Positions 12,660 to 24,600 of a DNA stretch of 56,353 nucleotides are shown piece after piece. The notes under the pieces are model-generated. The model was given only the letters and a program-made list of their open reading frames with translations. It did not search any database and was not told the DNA's origin. Each line of letters begins with the position of its first letter. The stretch's first letter is position 1. The position numbers and the translations under genes are program-made. The DNA is from Macrostomum lignano. Its lineage: Eukaryota. The stretch lies in assembly GCA_002269645.1 (NCBI GenBank), contig NIVC01004182.1, forward strand, positions 1 through 56,353. The letters run 5' to 3'.

Positions 12660-15600
12660 ATGGAGCAACTAAAGCAGCCAACTGATGCAGAGCAGCGAGT
12701 ATATATTGCCTTAGACAATGTTGAAATCCCCTCTTTATCAAATCAGAATGCTATTCAGTGCATCGAACTTGATGGTCGCTACATTCAAATAGTGAACTTG
12801 AACTCGGCCGTTGGTAGTGGCGATGCTCTCCTTTCAGCCCTGTGGGCAGAGGCCCCAGCAAGCTCTGGTAGTGTCTACCAGACTCTCACCGTGTCCACAG
12901 ATGATACCGCAGCAATGGCGGTGCCGCAGGCATCGACCATAACTATACCTGCTTCAGATGCAAACAGCGGCTACTTGCAGATTGTCAGTTTTGCTGACCA
13001 ATCAACTGCTACTGCCACTGCCTCTGCGCCTGCTAATGCTTCTTTACAGCAGCATCAACAGCTGCAACAGCCGAGCTCTGATTCACCTGCCGCCGCCAGG
13101 TCTCCGCCGCCCATAGGCTACGCTCACTGTCCCTGCTGTCAGGTACTAGTGTCTTGCTACAGTCTCACCTCGCACGTGTTAGATCACGCCCTACGTAAAC
13201 CCTTCGACTGTGAGGTAGCCGATTGCGACGAAGCGTTTTCTACTATGGAGAATCTCCGTCTACACGTGGCTATTAATCATGCGAATTCTCCGGCAGAATC
13301 TGAGGACCAATCAGTTGCCAGGTCCGGATTTGTCTGTCCGATCTGCTCCAAGCGGATCATGCGTCGGTCCGCTTTTGTGGCGCATTGCTCACTGCATTGG
13401 ACAGACGAAGTCTATCAATGCCCAGTGTGCTCTCAAGACTTCGATCAGCGTCTCAACCTGCTGCTGCATTTCCGTTCAGTTTGCAGCGCTAAGCTCCGCT
13501 CACTGAATGGCCAGGCGTCTGCGTCGCCTCCGTCTGGCAGCGCCGGCGCCCTGCCCGATTTGTCCAGCCCAATGCTGAAGAAACGGAGACGTAAGCAGCA
13601 GCAGCAGCAGTTGGCGGCGGCCGGTGCTAGTCCTAGTGAAGAACTTCCTGCCGCTAAGACTAAGGTAGGCAGAACGGTTTTCGCGTTAAACGCATATCTG
13701 ACTCGCTCGTTTCAACTCGCCGAATTCATTTTTGGGCTTGTGTGCATGGAAATCAGCCAAGAGGGCCAGCCCCCCCCCAAGGCGCAGAGGGTGCACATGC
13801 CTGACAACTAGAAAGGCAGTGCCGCTGTACACCCTGTGTGAGCGTGTCTGTCTGTGTTAGGGGGGCCGTAGCCCAGCGGTAGCGCAGCTGCTCTGGTGTG
13901 CCAGCGACCCAGGCTCGATTCCAAGTGCAGTCACATTAATTTGGGGCTAAATTGGAATCTCGGCTTGGCTCTGCTCGTGCAATTAACGGCCTTGAGAGCC
14001 AACCCCCCAAGGCGCAGTGAAGTGTACATGCCTAACGATAAAATAAAGTTAGGGCCGCTGTACACTCCTGTGTGAGTGTGTGCCTGCGTACGTATCCGCG
14101 CGCTTGTGTGCCTGCTCAGGGGAGTCGGCGGAATGGGCAGCAATGCCTCTCGCCGGTTGTGTGCCAATGTCGCTTAAAGTGCGCCAGGGTGCACACAACC
14201 CCCTGCCTCTAATAAAGAGCGTGTCTGTGAGTGCTGTGCCTGCGTACAGTATTGTCATTCGCCGAACAAATGAAGCCTAATTCGATCACCTTTGTAGCCG
14301 CAGCAGCAGCAGCAACAGAAAAAGAAGAGAAAATACCATCGGCCTCGCAAAATAGAGATCGCTGACACCGACCGGTGCGCCGCCGACGGCCTCGTCGCCG
14401 CTGTTGATTTGGGCGACGAGCTTCGTGGCACAGAAGCCGCCAAGCTGGTGAACCCTAGCCACCCGCGCCGTTGCCCTCTGTGCAGTAAGGATTTCCCAAA
14501 GAATTTCCTACTAATTAGGCACCTGCTGTCCCACACGGGCGAGAAGCCCTATCGCTGTTTGGCCTGCAATAAATCGTTTAACCAGCGATCAACTCTGCGC
14601 ACTCACGAACGGCTGCACGCTGGCAGCAAGCACAAGTGCGACCTGTGCGAGTTTTCTACAGCTCAGCGGTACAATTTGAAACTGCACATGGCCAGGCAGC
14701 ACGGCGAATGTGCTAAAGATCCGCAGGTGAGAGAGCTGTACAGAGATTGCTGTTGTGTGTCTTGCTCAAGGACACAAATTGTTCCAGAGGGATCGGGAAT
14801 CGAACCCCCGACCTTCAAGTTGTGAGTTCGACGCTCTAACCACTAGGCTAGAACCCCCTGGCTAGTTGTGATGATATCTGCCCCAGTTGTGTATACACCC
14901 GATAGAATTTCATTGTTTGAATATAAAAATCTTATTATAATTATGAAATTCAATGCTTTTTAAATTTGTACCAAACTCTAAGATGTACATATCTTGCCTT
15001 CTTACCAGTTTCATTCTATGTGTTAATCAGTTTATCTTAGTGCATGCAAATTATACTACTGTCCTAAGAGTAGCCAGCCACTTCAGGTTCTATATTATCT
15101 GTGGACTAATTCCAACGAAGGTTAACTAGATTGACAAACCAAACTGCAGGTAACCGCCATAGCCGAGAAGATCAAACAGCGCCGGCCGCCGAAATCTAAA
15201 AGTGTCGGCACAGCCACCGACAATGCCGTTGAACGGGGCGACCTCGCAACAACCGCCGATGGCGACAATTCGACCATTGCTGCAGTTTCTGTTTCAATTG
15301 AAGCAACGGCCGATTCTGCCCCGGCCACCGCTGTCGCCGAACCAGCTGTTGAACCTCCAGCCACTGTTGCTAAGCCGAGTTCGAAACGATCGGCCGCCGC
15401 TTCAAAGTCGGCATCAAAAACGGCGGCCTCCGGTCAATCGTCTGTTGAAGCGGCCGATTCTCAGCAGCCGCAGCAGCCGTCCACCTCCACCTCAACTGTG
15501 ATTGGCTTGCAGCCTCTGGTTAAATCGGCAACTGATAAAGCAACTGGTCGCAGTTTCACTTACGAAGCCGTGGCCAATAGGAAACGGTGCATGGTCTGTA

Positions 15601-18600
15601 GGCACGCGTTTCGCCGTATTGTCGACTTGGCTAGGTTTGTTTATCATAGCTTGGTTTATTTCAATAATAGGGTTGCTTTTTGACTTTTATTAAAAAGTGA
15701 AGAGTTTTAGTCATATTTTAGTTATTTTTGTAGTTTCCATCCGAATTGAAATAATTGGGATTTTTGTGGTTTCCATATGAATTGAAATAATCGGGATTTT
15801 TGTGGTTTCCATCCGAATTGAAATAATCGGGATTTTTGTGGTTTCCATCCGAATTGAAATAATCGGGATTTTTGTGGTTTCCATCCGAATTGAAATAATC
15901 GGGATTTTTGTGGTTTCCATCCGAATTGAAATAATCGGGATTTTTGTGGTTTCCATCCGAATTGAAATAATCGGGATTTTTGTGGTTTCCATCCGAATTG
16001 AAATAATTGGGATTTTTGTGGTTTCCATCCGAATTGAAATAATCGGGATTTTTGTGGTTTCCATCCGAATTGAAATAATCGGGATTTTTGTGGTTTCCAT
16101 CCGAATTGAAATAATCGGGATTTTTGTGGTTTCCATCCGAATTGAAATAATCGTCATTTTTGTGGTTTCCATCCGAATTGAAATAATCGGGATTTTTGTG
16201 GTTTTTTCCATCACAAATGAAAAAATGGAGATTTTTGTGGTTTCCATCCCAATTGAAAAAAATGGGATTTTTGTGGTTTCCATCACAAATGAAATAATAG
16301 GGATTATTGTGGTTTCCATCCCAATTAAGATAATGGGGATTTTTGTAGCTTCCATCCCACAATAAATGTTGGTATTGTCCCAATATGTCTATTATATTCA
16401 CACCTCGGGCGAAAGAATCGGGGTTATTAATATATCTTACCTCGGCCCCCCCGCCATCCCGCCAGACACATGCGCCGTCACAGCCAAGACCGACCATTCG
16501 CGTGTTTCGTCTGTCACAAACGATTCCGATTGCGTCAGACTCTGCTGCCGCATCTCCGATCGCACTACTCAAGGCCTGTCGAGTGTCCGCAGTGCTCTAA
16601 AAAATTATCTAGTCAGGCTAGCCTTAAGGTAATGCTCGAATGTATACTTTGAATTAAAAGTTTTATTAATGATTTCAGAATGAAAACGTAGAAAACCCCA
16701 ATCGGTGGAATTCCATCAGGGAAATCCCAGCCATGGGAATCCCCTAGTGGAATCTCAGTCAGCTGAATCCCAGACAGTGGAAATCCAGTCAGCGTAATGC
16801 CCCTCAAGGAAATCTCAGTTGATGGAATCCCCCTTCAGGGAAATCCCAGTCAGCGGAATGCCCTCCAGGGGAATCCCAGTCAGGAATTCACTCCAGGGGA
16901 ATCCCAGTCAGGAATTCACTCCAGGGGAATCCCAGTCAGGAATCCCTTCAGAGGAATCCCAGTCAGGAATTCACTCCAGGGGAATCCCAGTCAGGAATTC
17001 ACTCCAGGGGAATCCCAGTCAGGAATTCACTCCAGGGGAATCCCAGGGGACTCCAGGGGAATCCCAGTCAGGAATTCACTCCAGGGGAATCCCTGTCAGG
17101 AATCCCCTAAGTGGTATGCCTGAATTTCGGAGTTTAACCACTGACCCCAGACTGACTGTAGTAGACATATCTCCCGCCGCCTGCATCTGCCAGTGCACCA
17201 TATTCCAAATGGCATTTCTGGTTGAGATCAAGCATGGCTTACATATCTAATTAGTTTAGCGGGAGTATAATAATATGGTTAGATTACTGGCCGATGTACT
17301 TTTTTCAACTATAAGTGCATCGGTAATCAATCTTTCCAACAATTTGTTAACAAAAGTGACGAGAAATTTCTAAAGCAGGTCTCCGTTTACTAATCGATGT
17401 CCGTTGGCATAATTTTAATTGCGTCATCGATTTGATTTGTTTCCAACGGAGAAAATTATAATGAATTATTGTTCAATTGGTCAGCTTACGGCCGGTGCAC
17501 TTTTATTGCGATGGTTAAGTACACGTGTACTTAATTCATCAAGGATAATAAGTACACTGGTAACCAACCTGACCTACAGGTTATTGAGCATTTTTACTCA
17601 TAGTCCGACTCGGGACTACTTATAGTCTCAGTAGGATAGTGTCTATTTCTCCTTAATTCATACTCGAAATCATTCATGCAAATATTTGGTATCGAATGTA
17701 TGATTTAATAATACTTTAAGGAGATAATATTAATACAGCTTGATCAGCTTACGGCCGGTGCACCTTTTCGATATTAAAGTACACTTGTACTTAAATTTGA
17801 GATAAAATAAGTTCACTGGTAACCAACCTGATCAACAAATCAATATACTACTACAAGCAGTAGCATCAACTGTAAATAAAACAAGTATATTTTATTTGAT
17901 AAAATATCCAAAATTCTCCTTAGATCATGCGGGATATCATTAAAATGAAATTTCGTATGGTTTATTAATAATTTAAGGAGATATAATAATCAATTTTGTT
18001 CAGCTTACGGCCGGTGCACTTTTACGATGTTATAGTACACTTGTACTTAATACACTTCGCAAACAAATAAGTTCACTGGTAACCAACCTGATCTACATTA
18101 GAATTAAGTTATGTTATTATTTACCGATGCTCAAGGTGGCAGAGTAGCTCACTGCGCTAAACAACCCGGGTTCGATTCCGTGCTACTCAGTGGTATATCG
18201 CTGTTGCCCTACTCCACTGATCAGGCAAACAAGGGCGCGGATACGTACATACGTACGCACAGGCACACACACACAGGAGTGTACAGCGGCCCTAGCTTTA
18301 TTTATCGTTAGGCATGTACACTTCAATTTGCCTTGGGGGGGGGGGGGGTTGGGCCTTAAGAGGCGTTAATTGCACGAGCAGAGACCAGCCGAGATTTGCT
18401 GGACCACTGGGCTACGGCCCACCGGGCCCCTGCAGACTAAGTAATTAACTTACCTAACCAATACACAGGTGCACTTGCGACGCCACGAGCAGAGCTATCC
18501 CTACAGTTGCGAATACTGCTTCCATCGCTTTATCACTAAGAGCAACTTGAAATATCACATGCGCACTCATCCGGCCCGGGATCTGCGCACCGTGTCGCGC

Positions 18601-21600
18601 GTACTAGAGCCGCAGCTGGACCCGGCGCCGGCCTTAGACCCGTTGGAGATTGTCTACGACAGCCAGTTCCAGCGGGTGCTGGTGCCGTCCGCTCCCGGCC
18701 GCAGTCAGGGCGTTGTAGCCGACGCCCCGGATCCCAGCCGGCCGCATCGGTGCAAAGATTGCGGCAAAATCTTTAAAAAGAAAGGCCACCTCCAGCGCCA
18801 CGCTATGAGCCATTCGAATTTGAAGCCGCACAAGTGCCAGATGTGCCATCGAATGTACAGCACCTCTAATGTATTGCAGCAGCACATTCGAGCCGTGCAC
18901 GGCGGCCAGCGGCCCTACGTGTGCGACCGCTGTCCTAATATGTCGTTTAAAAGTCGCAGCAATTTAAATCGGCACATTGACAACTGGCATGGAGACGGCG
19001 TCAGCTTCTTCTGCAAAGTTTGCCACAAGGTACTGTAGCAATACCCACTGATGGATCTGGCATAGCAATATCCACTGATAGATCTGGCATAGCAATACCC
19101 ACTGATGGATCTGGCATAGCAATACCCACTGATGGATCTGGCATAGCAATATACACTGATAGATCTGGCATAGCAATACCCACTGATGGATCTGGCATAG
19201 CAATATACACTGATAGATCTGGCATAACAATACCCACTGATGGATCTGGCATAGCAATATCCACTGATAGATCTGGCATAGCAATACCCACTGATGGATC
19301 TGGCATAGCAATATCCACTGATAGATCTGGCATAGCAATACCCACTGATGGATCTGGCATAGCAATATCCACTGATAGATCTGGCATAGCAATACCCACT
19401 GATAGATCTGGCATAGCAATATCCACTGATAGATAGATCTGGCATAGCAATACCCACTGATGGATCTGGCATAGCAATACCCACTGATGGATCTGGCATA
19501 GCAATACCCACTGATAGATCTGGCATAGCAATATCCACTGATAGATAGATCTGGCATAGCAATACCCACTGATGGATCTGGCTTAGCAATACCCACTGAT
19601 GGATCTGGCATAGCAATACCCACTGATGGATCTGGCATAGCAATACCCACTGATAGATCTGGCATAGCAATATCCACTGATAGATAGATCTGGCATAGCA
19701 ATACCCACTGATGGATCTGGCATAGCAATACCCACTGATGGATCTGGCATAGCAATACCCACTGATGGATCTGGCATAGCAATATCCACTGATGGATCTG
19801 GCATAGCAATACCCACTGATGAATCTGGCATAGCAATATCCACTGATAGATCTGGCATAGCAATACCCACTGATGGATCTGGCATAGCAATATCCACTGA
19901 TAGATAGATCTGGCATAGCAATACCCACTGATGGATCTGGCATAGCAATACCCACTGATGGATCTGGCATAGCAATACCCACTGATGAATCTGGCATAGC
20001 AATACCCACTGATGGATCTGGCATAGCAATACCCACTGATGGATCTGGCATAGCAATACCCACTGATGGATCTGGCATAGCAATACCCACTGATGGATCT
20101 GGCATAGAAATAACCACTGATGGATCTGGCATAGCAATACCCACTGATGGATCTGGCATAGCAATACCCACTGATGGATCTGGCATAGAAATAACCACTG
20201 ATGGATGGGAGCATTAACAATACTCGGGCTCTAAATTATGGGGTAGCAATACCCTACGTACTTCCATTCATCAAAAGGCATAATCCGCTTAGTTTAAATG
20301 TGCGGTAACCTTAATAGGGAATAGTTCGAGTTTAGTACCCCCATCTGCAGCGATATCTAATCGAATCTCCGCCGCCGCAGCAACAGCAGACTCTGCATAA
20401 TTTCCACCATCCGCACTGCGCGCAGGGCTTCCGCACCCGAACCAAGTGCAAGCGCCACTCCATCGCGCACACTCGCCGCGGCGACCCGGTGCCGCGCACC
20501 AGCTACGCACTGGCTCTGGTCCCGGACCCACCGCAGGCCCCGGCTCCTGTCCTACCAACCGACGACATGATGCAGGACGCGCTGACCAGCCTGTGCCCGA
20601 CTGATGCTTCGTTCCTATCGAATCTGCAGGACGGCTCGGCCCCTGTTATCGAGCAGGATTTCGATCGGCTGTTAAACAACTGCCTTACCGGGATGGACAG
20701 TCTAGATGCTGTTGTGCCCACCCATCTGGGCGATCCCAGCTTGGATGCGGCCGCCTCCGTGCCGGTGTCATCTATGCCGGTACAATCCGTTACCTCCACT
20801 GCTGCCGCCTCTGCCGCTGCTGTGTCCGGCTCGTCTAGCCTTGGAAGAATTCCGTCTGGCAATAACGCAATCGCAGCTAATAATCATAACTCTCTGTCAT
20901 TGAATCGGGCGGCAAACCCGGCTACAGTTACTGAACCGGATCTCAACTTGCCACTGTCTAGCGTACTGTCTGCCGCTGATTTTCCTCAGCTGACTGAGGC
21001 TTTGTACGCTAGCGATGGCACGGCTACTGTTAATCAATATCCTATACCAAAGAGTGACGATCTGGTGAGCATAAACTGCGTCTGTGGTCTCTCTCCCTGA
21101 ATCTGCCTCTCCGCTTTCTCTCCCTGAATCTGCCTCTCCGCTTACTGTCCCTGAATCTGCCTCTCCGCTTTCTCTCCCTGAATCTGCCTCTCCGCTTTCT
21201 CTCCCTGAATCTGCCTCTCCGCTTTCTCTCCCTGAATCTGCCTCTCCGCTTTCTGTCCCTGAATCTGCCTCTCCGCTTACTGTCCCTGAATCTGCCTCTC
21301 CGCTTTCTCCTCCTGAATCTGCCTCTCCGCTTTCTCTCCCTGAATCTGCCTCTCCGCTTTCTCTCCCTGAATCTGCCTCTCCGATTTCTCTCCTTGAATC
21401 TGCCTCTCCGCTTTCTCTCCCTGAATCTGCCTCCCCGCTTTCTCTCCCTGAATCTGCCTCTCCGCTTTCTGTCCCTGAATCTGCCTCTCCGCTTACTGTC
21501 CCTGAATCTGCCTCTCCGCTTTCTCTCCCTGAATCTGCCTCTCCGCTTTCTCTCCCTGAATCTGCCTCTCCGATTTCTCTCCTTGAATCTGCCTCTCCGC

Positions 21601-24600
21601 TTTCTCTCCCTGAATCTGCCTCCCCGCTTTCTCTCCCTGAATCTGCCTCTCCGCTTTCTCTCCCTGAATCTGCCTCTCCGCTTACTGTCCCTGAATCTGC
21701 CTCTCCGCTTTCTCTCCCTGAATCTGCCTCTCCGATTTCTCTCCCTGAATCTGCCTCTCCGATTTCTCTCCTTGAATCTGCCTCTCCGCTTTCTCTCCCT
21801 GAATCTGCCTCCCCGCTTTCTCTCCCTGAATCTGCCTCTCCGCTTTCTGTCCCTGAATCTGCCTCTCCGCTTTCTCTCCCTGAATCTGCCTCCCCGCTTT
21901 CTCTCCCTGAATCTGCCTCTCCGCTTTCTCTCCCTGAATCTGCCTCTCCGCTTTCTGTCCCTGAATCTGCCTCTCCGCTTTCTGTCCCTGAATCTGCCTC
22001 TCCGCTTTCTCTCCCTGAATCTGCCTCCCCGCTTTCTCTCCCTGAATCTGCCTCTCCGCTTTCTCTCCCTGAATCTGCCTCTCCGCTTTCTCCTCCTGAA
22101 TCTGCCTCTCCGCTTTCTCCTCCTGAATCTGCCTCTCCGCTTTCTCTCCCTGAATCTGCCTCTCCGCTTACTGTCCCTGAATCTGCCTCTCCGCTTTCTC
22201 TCCCTGAATCTGCCTCTCCGCTTTCTCCTCCTGAATCTGCCTCTCCGCTTTCTCCTCCTGAATCTGCCTCTCCGCTTTCTCTCCCTGAATCTGCCTCTCC
22301 GCTTACTGTCCCTGAATCTGCCTCTCCGCTTTCTCTCCCTGAATCTGCCTCTCCGCTTTCTCTCCCTGAATCTGCCTCTCCGCTTTCTCCTCCTGAATCT
22401 GCCTCTCCGCTTTCTCTCCCTGAATCTGCCTCTCCGCTTACTGTCCCTGAATCTGCCTCTCCGCTTTCTCTCCCTGAATCTGCCTCTCCGCTTTCTCTCC
22501 CTGAATCTGCCTCTCCGCTTTCTCTCCCTGAATCTGCCTGCGCAGATATATAGTGTATCTATACCTCGATTAGTCTTAAAGAACTGCTTCAAGTGACAGC
22601 CTTTGCTCCCTTAATTTTACCTTCGCAGATTAGCCTAGACGCTTACTACGGCTGCGCTAAATGCCAGCGCAGCTTCTACAAAGCTAAACAATTGCAATTG
22701 CACGTGCGCACTGAGCATCACCAGGAGAGGCACTCGTGCGAACTGTGCGGCAAGGCCTTCTTATCTGAGCTGGCGTTGAAAAATCACCAGCTGGCTCATC
22801 AGCCCGACCAGCCAAAGCAGTGCCGAGACTGCGGCCAAGAGTTCGTTAGCCAGAGCGCACTGGCTGTGCACACGACTATGCGGCACAATGATAGGCGCCA
22901 TTTTCGGTGCAACCATTGCGAGCGGGACTTTCACAATATTAAGCATTTGCAATTGCATATTGGCGAACTGCGCTCCGAGCGGGAAAGTCTGATTGTGGAT
23001 TTGAAAAAAGTAAGCCAGGGGTTATTGCTTGATTGGCTTGGGTTGGGTATTGAAATTCAGTGGCTTGGATTAGTATTTAGCTGATTTGACTGGCATAAAG
23101 TGGCTTAGATTGGAATTTCATGGCTTCGATTGGAATTTAGTGGCTTAGATTGGAATGAATTGGTTTGGATTGAAATGGAGTGGCTTATATCGATTTAAAT
23201 AGAGTGGCATGGGTCGATTGGAATGGAGTGGCATGGATCGATTGGAATGGAGTGGCATGGATCGATTGGAATGGAGTGGCTTGGATCGATTGAAATGGAG
23301 TGGCATGGATCGATTGGAATGGAGTGGCTTGGATCGATTGGAATGGAGTGGCTTGGATCGATTGAAATGGAGTGGCATGGATCGATTGAAATGGAGTGGC
23401 TTGGATCGATTGAAATGGAGTGGCATGGATCGATTGAAATGGAGTGGCTTGGATCGATTGGAATGCAGTGGCTTGGATTGGAATGGGGTGGCTTAGATTG
23501 GAATGGAGTGGCTTGGATTGGAATGGGGTGGCTTAGATTGGAATGGGGTGGCTTAGATTGGAATGGAGTGGCTTGGATTGGAATGGAGTGACTTGGATTG
23601 GAATGGAGTGGCTTGGATTGGAATGAAGTCGCTTGGATTGGAATTTAAGCGTGTTAGAATTAGAATTAGAATTGAAATAGTTTGAATCGTAATTAAGCGT
23701 GGCTTGGATTGGACAACATTATCATGATTGGGACTATGGTGTTACGCATATGGAATGAGCTTAAGTAGCTTGTATTGGTCTTGTATTTATAGCACAGATT
23801 TGAGCTCCATTTCAATCCCACAAATGCTTCAAGGCGCGCCACTACCAGCTGGGCAGTCGGGACTTTGTCCGGGAGCGGCGCTGCCAGCTTCGCCTGCCGG
23901 AGGACGAGACTCGCAGCCTGGCCCAATCGGCGCTCACCACTGACATGACCGTCTCGCAGCGCATGCTAGTCAGAGCCGCCAAATCTCGGCACACCGACGA
24001 TGAACTAGCTGGCTTCACCGCCGCGGCTGCCTCCGCCTCGTCCGCTGCTCATCATCGGCGCGTCGGTGTCGCCGAGGAGGGCGGCGTTAGCGACACTGCC
24101 GGCGCTGGATTCGAGTGCGACATCTGTCACGCCCAGTTTTCCAGACGGGTTGAACTTGTGCGGCACAGCAACGTGCACATCGGGGCCAGGCCGTTTAGTT
24201 GTAGCGTCTGTCAGAAAACTTTCACGGCTAGCAGCTCGTTGAAGTATCACATGAGCAGGCTGCACAGTCAACAGGTGGGTTTTGAGTTGTTAATTGAATT
24301 TTTGTGTACCAGCATTTTCATCGCTTCTTTAGGGCCTCTAAAGATTCTGCAGATTTCTGCACATTCCTCTAACCCTCGTCTGGGAGCCGCCCCTTAATCC
24401 CCGCCTGGAAGTCGCTCTTTAACCCCCTCCCCTGGGGAATCGCCCTTTAACACCCCCACCCCCTGGGGAATCGCCCTTTAACCCCTCCCCGTGGGAAATC
24501 GCCCTTTAACCCCACTCCCCCTGTGGAATCGCCCTCTGACCCCCTCCCCCTGTGGAATCGCCCTCTGACCCCCTCCCCTGTGGAATCGCCCTCTGACCCC

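Noticed and set aside
14868-15149. Box C-like GTGATGA in ZnF intron 2
   Set aside because: No downstream CTGA box D or terminal stem was found.
18135-18190. Isolated B-box GGGTTCGATTCC just after snoRNA unit 4
   Set aside because: No convincing A-box or cloverleaf. Probably a decayed SINE head.
18915-22596. Long ORFs (400-516 aa) such as 18915-20198, 21042-22592 and 21084-22553, and similar ones at 38-814, 32494-33405, 35173-36279, 40118-40930, 48334-49729 and 52127-53608
   Set aside because: They are translations of stop-free minisatellite units lying inside introns or spacers defined by phase-consistent splice sites. They are open in several frames and on both strands.
22956-23834. Possible non-canonical splice after CAT ATT (22961) that would complete a finger as LHI|ARH
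   Set aside because: The intron would have to start with GG, and a GC donor one base later shifts the frame into a stop. The canonical AAA|GTAAGC donor at 23009 is in phase and the extra 16 codons look coding.
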